A stretch of 60,072 nt of DNA, counting the filler, from Hausera hauseri (lineage: Eukaryota), in assembly GCA_046269625.1 (NCBI GenBank). It is 10 parts of 10 records of this genome, joined end to end, with 100 filler letters (N's around TTAATTAATTAA, not from the genome) between each part and the next. Parts side by side here need not be neighbours in the genome. Positions count along the whole stretch, not along the records: positions 1 to 8,424 come from JBJURY010647663.1; positions 8,525 to 13,505 come from JBJURY010371925.1; 8 more parts are not named here. One strand, written 5' to 3'. Position 1 is the first letter of the stretch. Every line of letters begins with the position of its first letter. Of the stretch, positions 1-10,305 are shown piece by piece. The notes beneath the pieces are model-generated. The model did no database searches, had not been told where the DNA came from, and saw only the letters and a program-made list of their open reading frames with translations. The position numbers were made by a program, and so were the translations under genes.

Positions 1-901
1 TGTACTTTTCGATTTCTTTCTGTACTTCATGAGAATCCATACCGTTCTCTATCTGTTCCCAGGTGAGCATATGTCTGATGCTATTCAGATTATGTATATT
101 TCTGCGTGGAGCAATGATGCTCTTGAAGAGTATTTCACCTTTCTTGTCCGCTATCATTATTTCTACAGGTAAAGGGACTTGCATTCCATTGGATTTGTTA
201 CCGTAGGCAAAGGAGACGGCTAAGTATCTCGTGCTCTGAGCTTTACTGGTATACATAATGTTCGGTTCCCCTATCAGTTCCTCATCTGTTGGTTCTATTT
301 TGTACTTCAATGGGAGTAGATTCGGAAATTGTTTTTCTCGTCTAATAATTTCTATCATGCCCATATTTATCAACTCTTTGGCAATTATTCTTGTGTTCTT
401 AGAATCTATTGGGAAATTGATTTGACAAGATTCTTGTCCGTTTATGGTCTCCAAATTGTTCCTACGTCCTTTCAATCCCCTGAATACTAACATAATTTTC
501 CCAATTGCTAAATGTACGGTAATTCCGATATTGTCACCTGTCCAAACTGGAAATCTGAATGTGGTTTCGGAATTGAATATTTTGAAAGGAAGGATTGCCC
601 TGTTCCTTTGTTCGCCATATTTTAAATTATTGGGTATCTTGGTGACGTCGTTAATTCTATCCACTGGACGATCTAAATGTGCCAATATTTTATCATAGAA
701 AGAATAGCTCATGTTGTTTTCTGCTGTACTGAGTCTGAGTGTTGATCTTTTCTCATTTAATCGTTGAATTAGAATATTTCCGGGTATCTTAAATTCTTTG
801 TTTTCGTTACACTTAATTGGTTGATAGTTTGTGATTGTGCCGTGGTTTCCGAGTTCCGGCGCTTGATTAGATGAATTACCTAACAGATTTATTTTCGCCA
901 T
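1..901 (-). CDS. Open frame of at least 300 codons running off the window edge; last ~75 aa resemble the N-terminal half of a DEDDh (REX4/ISG20/DnaQ-like) exonuclease
   Basis: Manual translation from ATG at 901: MAKINLLGNSSNQAPEL...RYLAVSFAYGNKSNGMQVPLPVEIMIADKKGEILFKSIIAPRRNIHNLNSIRHMLTWEQIENGMDSHEVQKEIEKY, no stop before base 1. Absent from the ORF track because it has no stop in the window. Confidence 0.65.
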   Translation of the reverse strand, partial: MAKINLLGNSSNQAPELGNHGTITNYQPIKCNENKEFKIPGNILIQRLNEKRSTLRLSTAENNMSYSFYDKILAHLDRPVDRINDVTKIPNNLKYGEQRNRAILPFKIFNSETTFRFPVWTGDNIGITVHLAIGKIMLVFRGLKGRRNNLETINGQESCQINFPIDSKNTRIIAKELINMGMIEIIRREKQFPNLLPLKYKIEPTDEELIGEPNIMYTSKAQSTRYLAVSFAYGNKSNGMQVPLPVEIMIADKKGEILFKSIIAPRRNIHNLNSIRHMLTWEQIENGMDSHEVQKEIEKY

Positions 902-1112
902 TCTGCAATTGTACCAATGTTTTATAGTTCCCCAGGTTGGATGTGATTGGCCAATAAATGAATCTTCTTAACAAGTTAAATATCCCTTTCTGATTGGTTC
1001 TTAATTTGTAAAAAGTATAATACATCATGATTGGTCCGATAAGAGGAAGGATTGTGACTACTGAAGTTATGTCTAATTGTATTGGATGACGTAGGACCAA
1101 ATTTCTGAAGAT

Positions 1113-2936
1113 TCACAATGTTAGTATTGGCGCGAAGCAAAACACACTTTGCGTATTCTCATTTGGATCGGTTACAATGGGCTTATTGGTTGTCATATTA
1201 CTTATTTCGCTTATCTCCGTTCTATCATTTAAGGTAAAATGTGGCTCTGGTTTGATATATGTTTTATTATCTCGGATTACCGAATAATGAGATCTGTATA
1301 GCTTCCTCTTCTTACATTTGACTTTCTGTCCGAATGCGACTATTAAAATAACGATGATACCTAATGCTAACAAGATGAGAAATATCCACCAATATTGTGT
1401 AAGATACATTTCCGTAGTTATTGGCACGGATGTAGTTCTCTGCCAATTCCCATCTTCTTCATTGTAACGTATGTTTCTGTATCTATCTGCTGCAGGTAGT
1501 GTCTTTATGTCCAGAAGTTTAGAATTGTCATGAATTTTTATGTTCACTAAATAATTCGTGTCTGGGGTCAATTTTTCACAAAAATTCCGTTTGTTTGTAT
1601 TGTAATTGAAACTAATCTTCTCATGAGTACCTGTACATGTTATCAGGATACTCTGGTTATTTGGATTTTGTGCAAGTAGAATTTCAATCCGATTTACGTA
1701 TGGTGTTAACCTGACCTTTATTGGAAACTCTTTCATGAGTTTTCCATGAAACATGTGTTTGTTTATCGACTTCTGCATTACTATTTGCCCATTTCCTTGT
1801 AATTCTAATGTGAGTTTCCTTTTTGGCTTGTTTTGATTCTCTGCTCTTGATTTGCGTGGACTCCTTGTTGTTGAATTGTGTTGGCTCTCCGATTTTCCCC
1901 TATCCTTAAAAATGGAGGTCCGGGTAGGTGATGAATGTATAGCTATCCGAAGTGTAGTAAATGTGTTTGTAAGTGGAGGCGAGATCAGTCTCAATTGTGC
2001 CTGTGTGAGGGAGATAAAGATTGGTAGTTGTGATGAATGTATGCGTGTAGAAGGTTGTGTACCACGTCCAAAATACATATCGAAACGAATAATGTATCGA
2101 ATATCGGTGTGAAGAGTACAGCATACTTGCGGATGGGCTCCATTCAGATGGCATAGATGCGGTTGAGGCACAACGTGAGGGAAGGAGTCAAACCATATCT
2201 GAATTTCATATCCGAGGGGCAAAAGTTGTAAGGTTCGAAAGTTGATGCAGGAATGAGTCCGATGCACACCGATCATCACAAGATTATTCTTTAAGAATTG
2301 AGTAGTAAACCCATCGTGTAATGACGTAGGGGGGTTACCTAGAAAGTCCATGATATAATGCACTGGAACATGAATACTGAAATGAGGGTTCCATTTTGAA
2401 ATGTATTGCTCGTGACTAGACTTTTTAAGCAATATATAGTAAGAATATGACGTATCATATTCGAGTTGACTGCATGTCTGATTCTTTTTTTCAAAGATTG
2501 AACATGTGGTTGTTTCTATATCTGCTGAGGTAAAAACAATTGTAACTTCGTGTTGCAGGGGAACTGGTGAGTGTGTTTGGAGGCAAATGCTAGGTTCATC
2601 GACGTCGACGTGAGTAATGGTCGTGAGTTGAACCAAGTCGACATAGTCGTCCGAGGTTATTACCAGTTTCACAGAAAACGCTATAAGAAGTAATAAAACT
2701 ATACCAACGTATCTACCTGGAGTGAGGTGAACATGATAAGTAGCGGATTTGTGTGTATCCCGTTTTTGTTGCAGGGATAAAACAGCGACTTTGTTATCTA
2801 TAATTGTTGGAGACTCCAATTCTGTTTGTCTTATAAAGTCAGTGTATGAAGAGGGTGCTCTCATAACTCGTTGTACGGATACAGCTTCGTACTTGTCTGC
2901 ACCCTTTTGAATAAAGAGTCTGGGGACGAACATCAA
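1113..2936 (-). CDS. Integrase C-terminal tail continuing into a type I membrane protein (internal signal, Cys-containing ectodomain, FN3-like domain, TM, basic tail)
   Basis: 607-aa ORF. Hydrophobic GIVLLLLIAFSVKLVI (~2658-2708); FN3-like LTPDTNYLVNIK...IKTLP (~1495-1572); TM WWIFLILLALGIIVILIVAF (~1330-1392) followed by QKVKCKKRK. Confidence 0.7.
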   Translation of the reverse strand: MMFVPRLFIQKGADKYEAVSVQRVMRAPSSYTDFIRQTELESPTIIDNKVAVLSLQQKRDTHKSATYHVHLTPGRYVGIVLLLLIAFSVKLVITSDDYVDLVQLTTITHVDVDEPSICLQTHSPVPLQHEVTIVFTSADIETTTCSIFEKKNQTCSQLEYDTSYSYYILLKKSSHEQYISKWNPHFSIHVPVHYIMDFLGNPPTSLHDGFTTQFLKNNLVMIGVHRTHSCINFRTLQLLPLGYEIQIWFDSFPHVVPQPHLCHLNGAHPQVCCTLHTDIRYIIRFDMYFGRGTQPSTRIHSSQLPIFISLTQAQLRLISPPLTNTFTTLRIAIHSSPTRTSIFKDRGKSESQHNSTTRSPRKSRAENQNKPKRKLTLELQGNGQIVMQKSINKHMFHGKLMKEFPIKVRLTPYVNRIEILLAQNPNNQSILITCTGTHEKISFNYNTNKRNFCEKLTPDTNYLVNIKIHDNSKLLDIKTLPAADRYRNIRYNEEDGNWQRTTSVPITTEMYLTQYWWIFLILLALGIIVILIVAFGQKVKCKKRKLYRSHYSVIRDNKTYIKPEPHFTLNDRTEISEISNMTTNKPIVTDPNENTQSVFCFAPILTL

Positions 2937-5900
2937 CTACTTCATATGGTCCTTGACCAGTTCGTGTTAACTTTAGTGATTTGCTTTTCTTTGCGACTAG
3001 ATAATGAACCATTACATAATCGCCAACTTTGTAAATATGTGGGCGTGCTTTCTTGTTAAAATGTTTCTTATACCCAGCTTTGTACTTTTCTTCAAATTCT
3101 TTAGCCTCATGTTGAAAATATTCTAACCGTTTCAGTAGGTCTTGGTACTGTTCGTCCATGTGATCACTAATTTTTAAAGATGACGGTAGTAATTCGATGT
3201 CTAGTGGCAACAATGGCAAGCGCCCAAACATCAGTTCAAAGGGTGAATGGTTAGTGCTCTTCGTAGACGTAGTATTGACAGCAAAAGCAGTAGTTTTAAG
3301 GTGGAGATGCCAGTCCTTTTGATCGTGTGCAACCTTTGTTAAAAGTATGCCTTGGATTGTTCTCTTCATTCGTTCAATCATACCGTTACATTGCGGGTGG
3401 TAAGCAGCAGTAAGTAAATGTTTGCATTGAAATATTTTGGATAATTTTTCAAAAAATTCGCTAATAAAATAGGGCGCGCGATCAGTTAATAATTGTTTTG
3501 GTGTGCCTAGTACGGCTACTACCTCATAAAAATGCTTCGGCAACAGTGCTGCTAGTCATATTCTTTAATGGCACCAAGACGACATATCGCGAATAATAGT
3601 CCACAATTGACAGAATATATTTATATCCGGAATCAGACGCTTGAAAGGGACCGGATATGTCCATTGAACAAACTTCCATTGGTCTACGTGCTTCTGGTAG
3701 AGTCCCTAAGAAAGGTTTAGATCGAAATCCTCTATCTTTTCTTGTGGCACACATCTTACATAAGCGTACTCATCCTTCAATGTGTTTGTTCATCTGTGGC
3801 CAATAGTATTTCGCCGTTATTCGTTTTAATGTCTTATTCAGAGAAGGGTGGCCAGCTAAGTGAGAATCATGTTCTTGTAGCATGACAGCTTTGATTGCTA
3901 CTGACGGTACTATTACTAGTTTCCGCTCGCCAACTTTTAGTTGTAGAATTCCATTTTCTATTTTTAACTGTTCTTTGTGTTTATCATAGAATTTCTTAAT
4001 ATGACTTGATACTTGATCGGCCGACTGTTCATTGATCAGTTGTTTAATCTGTGCAATAAGTGTATCCTGTTTTTGTAGTGTTTCGATATTTCGAACCTGA
4101 ATCAATCGTTGCTCCTGCAACATCTCATTGATAACTGTCTCTTAGTTGTTTATCTTTTTCATTATCAGGTTTGTGAGTTGCTGCGATTATTCTTTCGTAG
4201 GGTAAACGGGAAATTGCATATGCGTCTATATTTTCCTTTCCTGGACGATATCGATATTCAATGTCATAATTCAAAAGCTCTAACTTCCATCTTTGGAGTC
4301 GGCTTGATACATGTCGATTATCAGATCGAAATGATAGTAAGGCCTTATGATCAGTGAATATGATGATTTTGTGTCCATAAATGTAATATTCGTAGTGTCG
4401 CAGTCCGTCTTTGATAGCTAACAACTCCAGTTCTGTTGTAGAGTATTTTCTTTCAGCACTATTTAAACTACGTCCGCCATATGCTATGACGTGTTCCGTC
4501 TTTTCTTCTGGACTTTGTTGGGTTAATATATAACTAATGGCATTAATACTGGCATCTGTTTTAAGAATGAAAGGTAAGTTAAAATCTGGGTATCTCAATA
4601 TCGGTGCTGATACTAATCTTTTCTTAATTTCGTCAAAAGCATTCTGATTTTCTTCACTCCATTCCCATTTTTGGTCCTTCTTTAACAATTTGTATTGTGG
4701 TTGATTGATTTCTGCAAAATTTTCGATGAAAGTGGAGTAAAATCCTCCTAAACCTAACCAAACTTTCATTTCATGTACATTGGTTGGTAAGGGATATTCT
4801 AATATTTTAGATATCAAGTCTCGACTAGTGGATATTCCTTTGTTTGAAACTATGAATCCAAGATATCGGACTTCGGTTTTACACCATTCACATTTCTTTG
4901 GATTCAGCTTTAATTTTGCAAGTCTGATTCGATCAAATACTTCTCTTAACTCTACTAGATGTGCTGACCATGTTGTTGAAGCGATTAAAATGTCATCAAT
5001 ATACGATAGGCCCCAAACTCCTTTAAGTACTAAGCGAATAAATTCTTGAAAGAATGCCGGCGCAGTCTTTAATCCGAATGGCATGCGGGTAAATTGATAC
5101 ACTCCGGTATGTGTCTTGAATGCGGTTTTCCATCGGTCCTCTTCTGCTACTGGAATTTGCCAGAATCCACTTTGCAAATCGAGAGTTGTAAAATAATTAC
5201 AATCTTTCAATTCATCTATGATATCGCGTATTCTAGGTATCGGGTAAGCATGATTCGCTAAATGCTTGTTTAACGTAACACAATTTACACATAACCGACG
5301 TTTCGTGGTATTAGCTTTCTTTGCCATAACTATAGGGGATGGCCAAGGTGACTGACTAGATTCAATGATGCCTTTGTCCAACATGGTTTGGATTTGTTCC
5401 TCAACTTCCTTTTGGAGTGCCTTTGGAGGCGGATACCATTTGGGTACTGGTTGTCGTAAAAGATCTGTTTCTTTCCCTGTCAGAGGATCAATCATAAATG
5501 ACAGCTTAAACTCAACCAAATCAGTCCGTCCAATATCTGTTTCATCTTTAGCAAATATATCAATATATTCAAAGATGAGGTCCGAGAGATTTTTTGGTAT
5601 TCATCTGATAAATTTTTCTTCGCTTTTGCGAGAATAAGATCAAGCATATCTTCAACAATTTCATTTGTAGACAGAGCTGCAAGTTTACCGTCATATTCTT
5701 TATGTAGAATAGTTTCGAGAGCATGTCCAAGCTTCGTTTTAGTAAATATCGTGACATATCTCGGAGTTGGATTCAATATTTCAATAGGGATTGTTCCGCC
5801 GATTACATTTACACAATAATGCGGTAGTATAAGTCTGTTCAGGAACGTTCTTGGTATAAATTCAATGACACTGTTGTCGGGAAACATTGTTCTGGCGTGT

Positions 5901-6976
5901 ACTACCATTCTAGAATATGGTGGTATCTTCTCGACATGTCCTATCCAAATGTCTTTATTTTCATAACTTGGCGGAAAATCCTCGTTATTAGGGCAAATTG
6001 ATCCTGATTGTAAATTTATGTGAACTCCTTCCAATCTTCTCAATACGTTCATGCCTATAATGCATCTGGGATCTAAATTTGTCATGACCTCGAAAATTAC
6101 TTTAACCTTTTGTCCGCAGATGATTGGTTCACTTTTCCAATGTCCGTATGGTTTGCTGCATTGCTGGAAAGCTGAGATTGTACCTAGAGTGTCTTTTGCT
6201 GCTAATTTTATCTGTGACTGAAGTTCGTCCGGGATTGCGTGTTTTGCTATCAGTGATATATTGGCGCCTGTATCTACCATGGCGTTTAGATCAAAGGTGC
6301 CAAAGTGAACGGTTGTATGTGGTCGATTATCTCTAATTAACTCTAAAAATGTCAATACATCATTATGATCGTCGATATGAGGTTCCATCAAGGTGTAGCT
6401 GGATGCACAATAATGTCTTGTTCCGTTAGGTAATATGACTGTTAAGCTTTCCAAAGATAGTGTATCCTTTTCTATTTCCTTTGTCTTTGATTTAAGTTCA
6501 GCCAAATCTGGATAGCAACTTAGGTGTCTAACGGTCTGTTGAGTACTATCTGATTCTGTTGTTGCCATTATTCGGTTAGACTGACTTTCTACAGATTTAT
6601 TTGTTCGGTGATAAGTCACTGGCGGCATCATATCAAGCTTAGGAGATAGTGGCAAGTTTATTCGGTTTCGTTCTATGTTTTGTGTAACAATAGACTGAAG
6701 TATTTCGTCTTGAGAAATTTTTGGTAGGTTACGCAATTTTATATATTCTTCTCTTTTTGTATATTGGTCTTCCAACTTCGGTAGATTGAAATTTGACATT
6801 TCATAAGGTGCACCTGGTACTTGGTGTTTATTCTTTGGTTTTTGTTTAATCTTTTCCTTTGATTTCATTAGTTTAAATAATTTCTTTTTCTTTTCTTGTA
6901 TATTGGATGTATTAGTTCTGTACCATGGTTTCCTAAATATGTTTTTGGTTTGCGATTCACTTACATATGAGCCCAT
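2839..6976 (-). pseudogene. pol: Gypsy pol (linker-PR-RT-RNaseH-IN) split by a few frameshifts and a stop
   Basis: VDTGANIS; LDLQSGFWQIPV, MPFGLKTAPAFFQ, YIDDILI; TDAS, YSTTELELLA, TDHKAL; integrase HHCC (HDSHLAGH...CKMC), MDISGP, TDRAPYF, YHPQCNGMIER, GPY. Confidence 0.95.
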
Positions 6977-7607
6977 ATTGGTGCTGTTTATATAGTTTTT
7001 TGAAAATGTTCAAATCTGGACATCAATAATTAAGACCTGCAGTGGGAAATTTGTATTGAATGAGATTCTGCATAACAGAATTTACAAGGTTTGACCAGAG
7101 TGAGTGCGAATGAATCCATCCTTCTCATCTTAAGATTATTTTTGTTTAAATGTCTGCCATAAAAGGTGGTGGGTGATTACTTCAAGGAATTATAGGTTTT
7201 CATCTGTAGTATGTTTCAATCCCTTTTACATACAGCACTTTTATATACAGCACTTTTATGTTCTAACTAGTGACCTCATTTTTAACACTAGACCTTTGTC
7301 TCTAGCTCTTAAAGGGAACTGAAACCAGTTTACAGGAGCTGCCCTGTTACGCTTTTGGAACCAAAAACTCAAAACTGGTAATGTGAGCAGATAAGTCCCA
7401 CCTACTTTTCGGCATGCAACCCAAACAGGAAATAACTAATTATTGTTGAACATGTTTAAAAAAAACATCTGAACATACAGCAGCAATTAGAGGAAACTCT
7501 GGTTCATTTTCCGAACTTAATAATCTCAATATTGCCCATAAAAAATGCCCTCATTAACAATGATGATTTCAAGACGGCAGTTTTTATACATGAGAAAATT
7601 GAAACTA

Positions 7608-8424
7608 CACTGTTAAAAATTCCCGTAAAATTATGGTCACTGACCATATAATTTGACGGGAAACGACCTCCATAGCAAAAAATGGTCTACGACCGTAAAA
7701 ACCCTTAGATCCCTATGAGCTTGAATGTATACTTCGCTGCCAGCTTTGAATTACGGTCGCTGGTACTAAAATAGCCACATTCGCTTAAGTCACGTGGTGT
7801 CATCTGTGAGCGAGGATCCGAGATCAGTCGCCTCGCCGCCATTAAAACAGCATTGTTGGACGTTTTTTGAGGTAAGTTTCTTTATTTATTATTCGTTAGT
7901 AAGTTTTGTTATTAGTATACTTTGAGTATAGAATTGAGGATGTTATTTCTCAGTCTGTACTGAAATATACGTCATAGAATATATATACGGTTTATATATA
8001 TTTATTTTTTTCTCTTTAGAAAAAAAAGTGTTTACACCACCTAAAAGTTAAGCATGAGCATGAGAGTGTTTGCAGGTGTGTGATGCACATCGGGGTTCTT
8101 TCATGTAGTAAATACACTGGTATTAAGTGAATCAGATTTAAACACAATGTGTGTCCAGGTGATGAGCGATTCAGGCTTACGGTTCTTCCCGGGTGCAGTT
8201 CACAAAGTGCCATCGGGATCACACAGAAGAGAGTTTTGTCTCCACTTTGACTCTAATACATTGTAATTTGATATTTTGGCACAATAACCTGCATTCTTTT
8301 TTCAGATGTCTTTTGAGAACTAACTGGGCCTTTGTAACTGTGTACACATGGATGCAGCCAGATACACACACATGCTCATGAATCACACAGCTTGATTGTA
8401 TATTGGATGAGGACGGCTTTCATT
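7608..8424 (+). mobile_element. Possible CACTA/CMC-like DNA transposon end followed by spliced exon fragments
   Basis: TA|CACTGTTAAAAA start, internal palindrome TTCCCGTAAAATTATGGTCA-C-TGACCATATAATTTGACGGGAA (~7620-7662), splice-like GAG|GTAAGT (~7872) and polypyrimidine-AG (~8019, ~8305). Only one end seen. Confidence 0.3.
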
Positions 8425-8524
8425 NNNNNNNNNNNNNNNNNNNNNNNNNNNNNNNNNNNNNNNNNNNNTTAATTAATTAANNNNNNNNNNNNNNNNNNNN
8501 NNNNNNNNNNNNNNNNNNNNNNNN
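8425..8524. other. Artificial scaffold linker
   Basis: N44-TTAATTAATTAA-N44 (stops in all six frames). Confidence 0.98.
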
Positions 8525-8810
8525 TTTTTGATAAACTGATTGTTGGTTTAAAGGAAATTGTTGTAACAGAATCTGTTTTTTTCCTAACGAACTTGCTTCA
8601 TTTGCAAAATCAATAAAAATTTTTCTATATTTTCTTAAAACATTTCCTTGCTTCCAATATTAACACGACCTTTTAAAATAATTTTCAAAACTTCAAAAAA
8701 TCCTGCATAACAAATTCCGGCATGGAATGCAACAATTCTCATCTAAATCTGTTTGGCGAATTGATTGTTGCTTTGAAGTATGGTAAACTTCTCTCTAATC
8801 GTGTCATCAT
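8525..8810 (-). pseudogene. Small Maverick/Polinton accessory ORF remnant
   Basis: MMTRLERSLPYFKATINSPNRFR*ELLHSMPEFVMQDFFEVLKIILKGRVNIG resembles a small helical ORF I associate with animal Mavericks; lies downstream of the ATPase on the same strand. Confidence 0.4.
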
Positions 8811-9210
8811 ACAACTTTCACTTCCACCAATTTTGTTTCTTTACAGTCTAAACCATCGTTTAGGTAACCTAAACTTTTTTCGTGTATGATCTTTTTAACA
8901 ACTTTTCGTCTCTGTTTTTGTCTCTGTTTTCGTCCCAGTTTGATTATTACTGTTTTGAATTTCATTATTTAGATTTTCATGTCTCATAACTTTGATTATC
9001 AACCTTAGGAAAGTGATTAGCAGCTTGCTCCATTAGATAATTAAGCCCACTGCTTATGTTTTCTACAGCTTTTGTGAATTTGTGAGGCTTGCGTAGAAGG
9101 AAGTACAAAGGTAATGAAAGAAACACGCCTTTTAATTCTTTCGACATTTTTCGACGTCTAGTTTGATTTTTTCATTTGGCCTTTCTAGCCATTTGTTTTA
9201 TCTATTTTTG

Positions 9211-9432
9211 TTATATTTGTTTATACACTGTTATTCCTTTCTGATTAAATATATCTGTTTTAACCCGTTCATCATCTGGACATTGTTGTGTGAAGTCGAT
9301 AAAAATATACCCATGTGCATTTTTCGTTTAATCATGAAATGCATCAAGAAAATATTTCTATCATGTGGATAAGCTTGTCGAGCAACAAAATCAATTACAG
9401 TTTGATCACGAGGATTTTTAAATAAAAGTCCT
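9211..9432 (-). pseudogene. Maverick/Polinton packaging ATPase, C-terminal fragment
   Basis: LFKNPRDQTVIDFVARQAYPHD/KYFLDAFHD*TKNAHGYIFIDFTQQCPDDERVKTDIF follows the FKNPRD..ARQ.YP..GYL.ID..RTNIF pattern; one frameshift and one stop. Confidence 0.8.
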
Positions 9433-10094
9433 GAATGAACTGTACAAGTTAACACAATTACTCGTAAAAATGGCGGAGATTAGCAATGAGAAGGTGAGAC
9501 AATTGATGCCTCAAATACGACAGGCTGAAGAAACGTGCATTAGAAATAAACAAAGAGCAGTAAAGTTAGACGAACTAATAAATGAGCTCGAAATTTATAG
9601 GAACAAGTATGCTTTTACTGAGTCAGAAATTAACAGGAAGATAGTTTATACAAAGATGGCAAAGGAATGTAATTATCGAGGTAACCGACTATCATCAAAA
9701 GGAACTCATTCCTGCTAACGAAGTAGGCAAACTATTAAAACTGATCCAGTACGCTTCTGGAAACGGAATAGATTTCCGGACCACACAGATGAAAGAAATA
9801 CAACCGAGATTAAAGGACATTCGAGAGAATGTGCAAAGAATGAATACAGCACTAGCAGACAATGGACTTCCAGAAGTTGGAATGGGATGCTTACTTAGAT
9901 GTCATGTCGAAAATCCGATGACTCCAGTACGGTTAAATGAAACAGAAATGTATCCGCCGAACAGAAAATTATACGTGGAGACGCTCCTGAATTCGACTCT
10001 AAATTATCTTGTGAGAACGCAGTTTACAGCGCGGTGCCGAAACTTTTGATAAGGAAACATGCTAAAATCTTAAGGGCTAAAACCTGAGGTAACG

Positions 10095-10305
10095 ATGAAA
10101 ATAAAGATATCATCTGAGTGGATGGATGAAAGACAATGTGAGTTAACCACATTCCTGTGTGAGGGATGTAAGAGAATGGTTGATAAATAATGGTAGAATA
10201 AATGAACTATAGACTCTACTTTAGAGGTAGAATATTAGACGACTTAGAACCGTTAATAGACGTTGGAATTATACTTGATGAAACAAACCGAATAGTAGTA
10301 ACAGT
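10095..10305 (+). pseudogene. Ubiquitin-like domain within the retroelement coding region
   Basis: MKIKISSEW...YRLYFRGRILDDLEPLIDVGI...IVVTV aligns with ubiquitin [20 protein letters not shown]; no C-terminal GG. Confidence 0.6.

Larger units (their letters stand above)
1..6985 (-). mobile_element. Ty3/Gypsy-like retroelement with accessory ORFs (5'-truncated, runs off the window at its 3' side)
   Basis: Order on minus strand: linker, PR (DTG 6266-6274), RT (YIDD 4992-5003), RNase H, integrase, membrane protein, further ORF. No LTR seen. Confidence 0.9.

Noticed and set aside
876-1100. Independent 74-aa gene
   Set aside because: Same frame as the 607-aa ORF, just past its TGA, with a non-ATG start; more likely a disrupted continuation or spacer.
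5492-6976. Calling the N-terminus of this ORF a Gag
   Set aside because: No CCHC or capsid motif; it aligns instead with the post-glycoprotein linker of scaffold 2.
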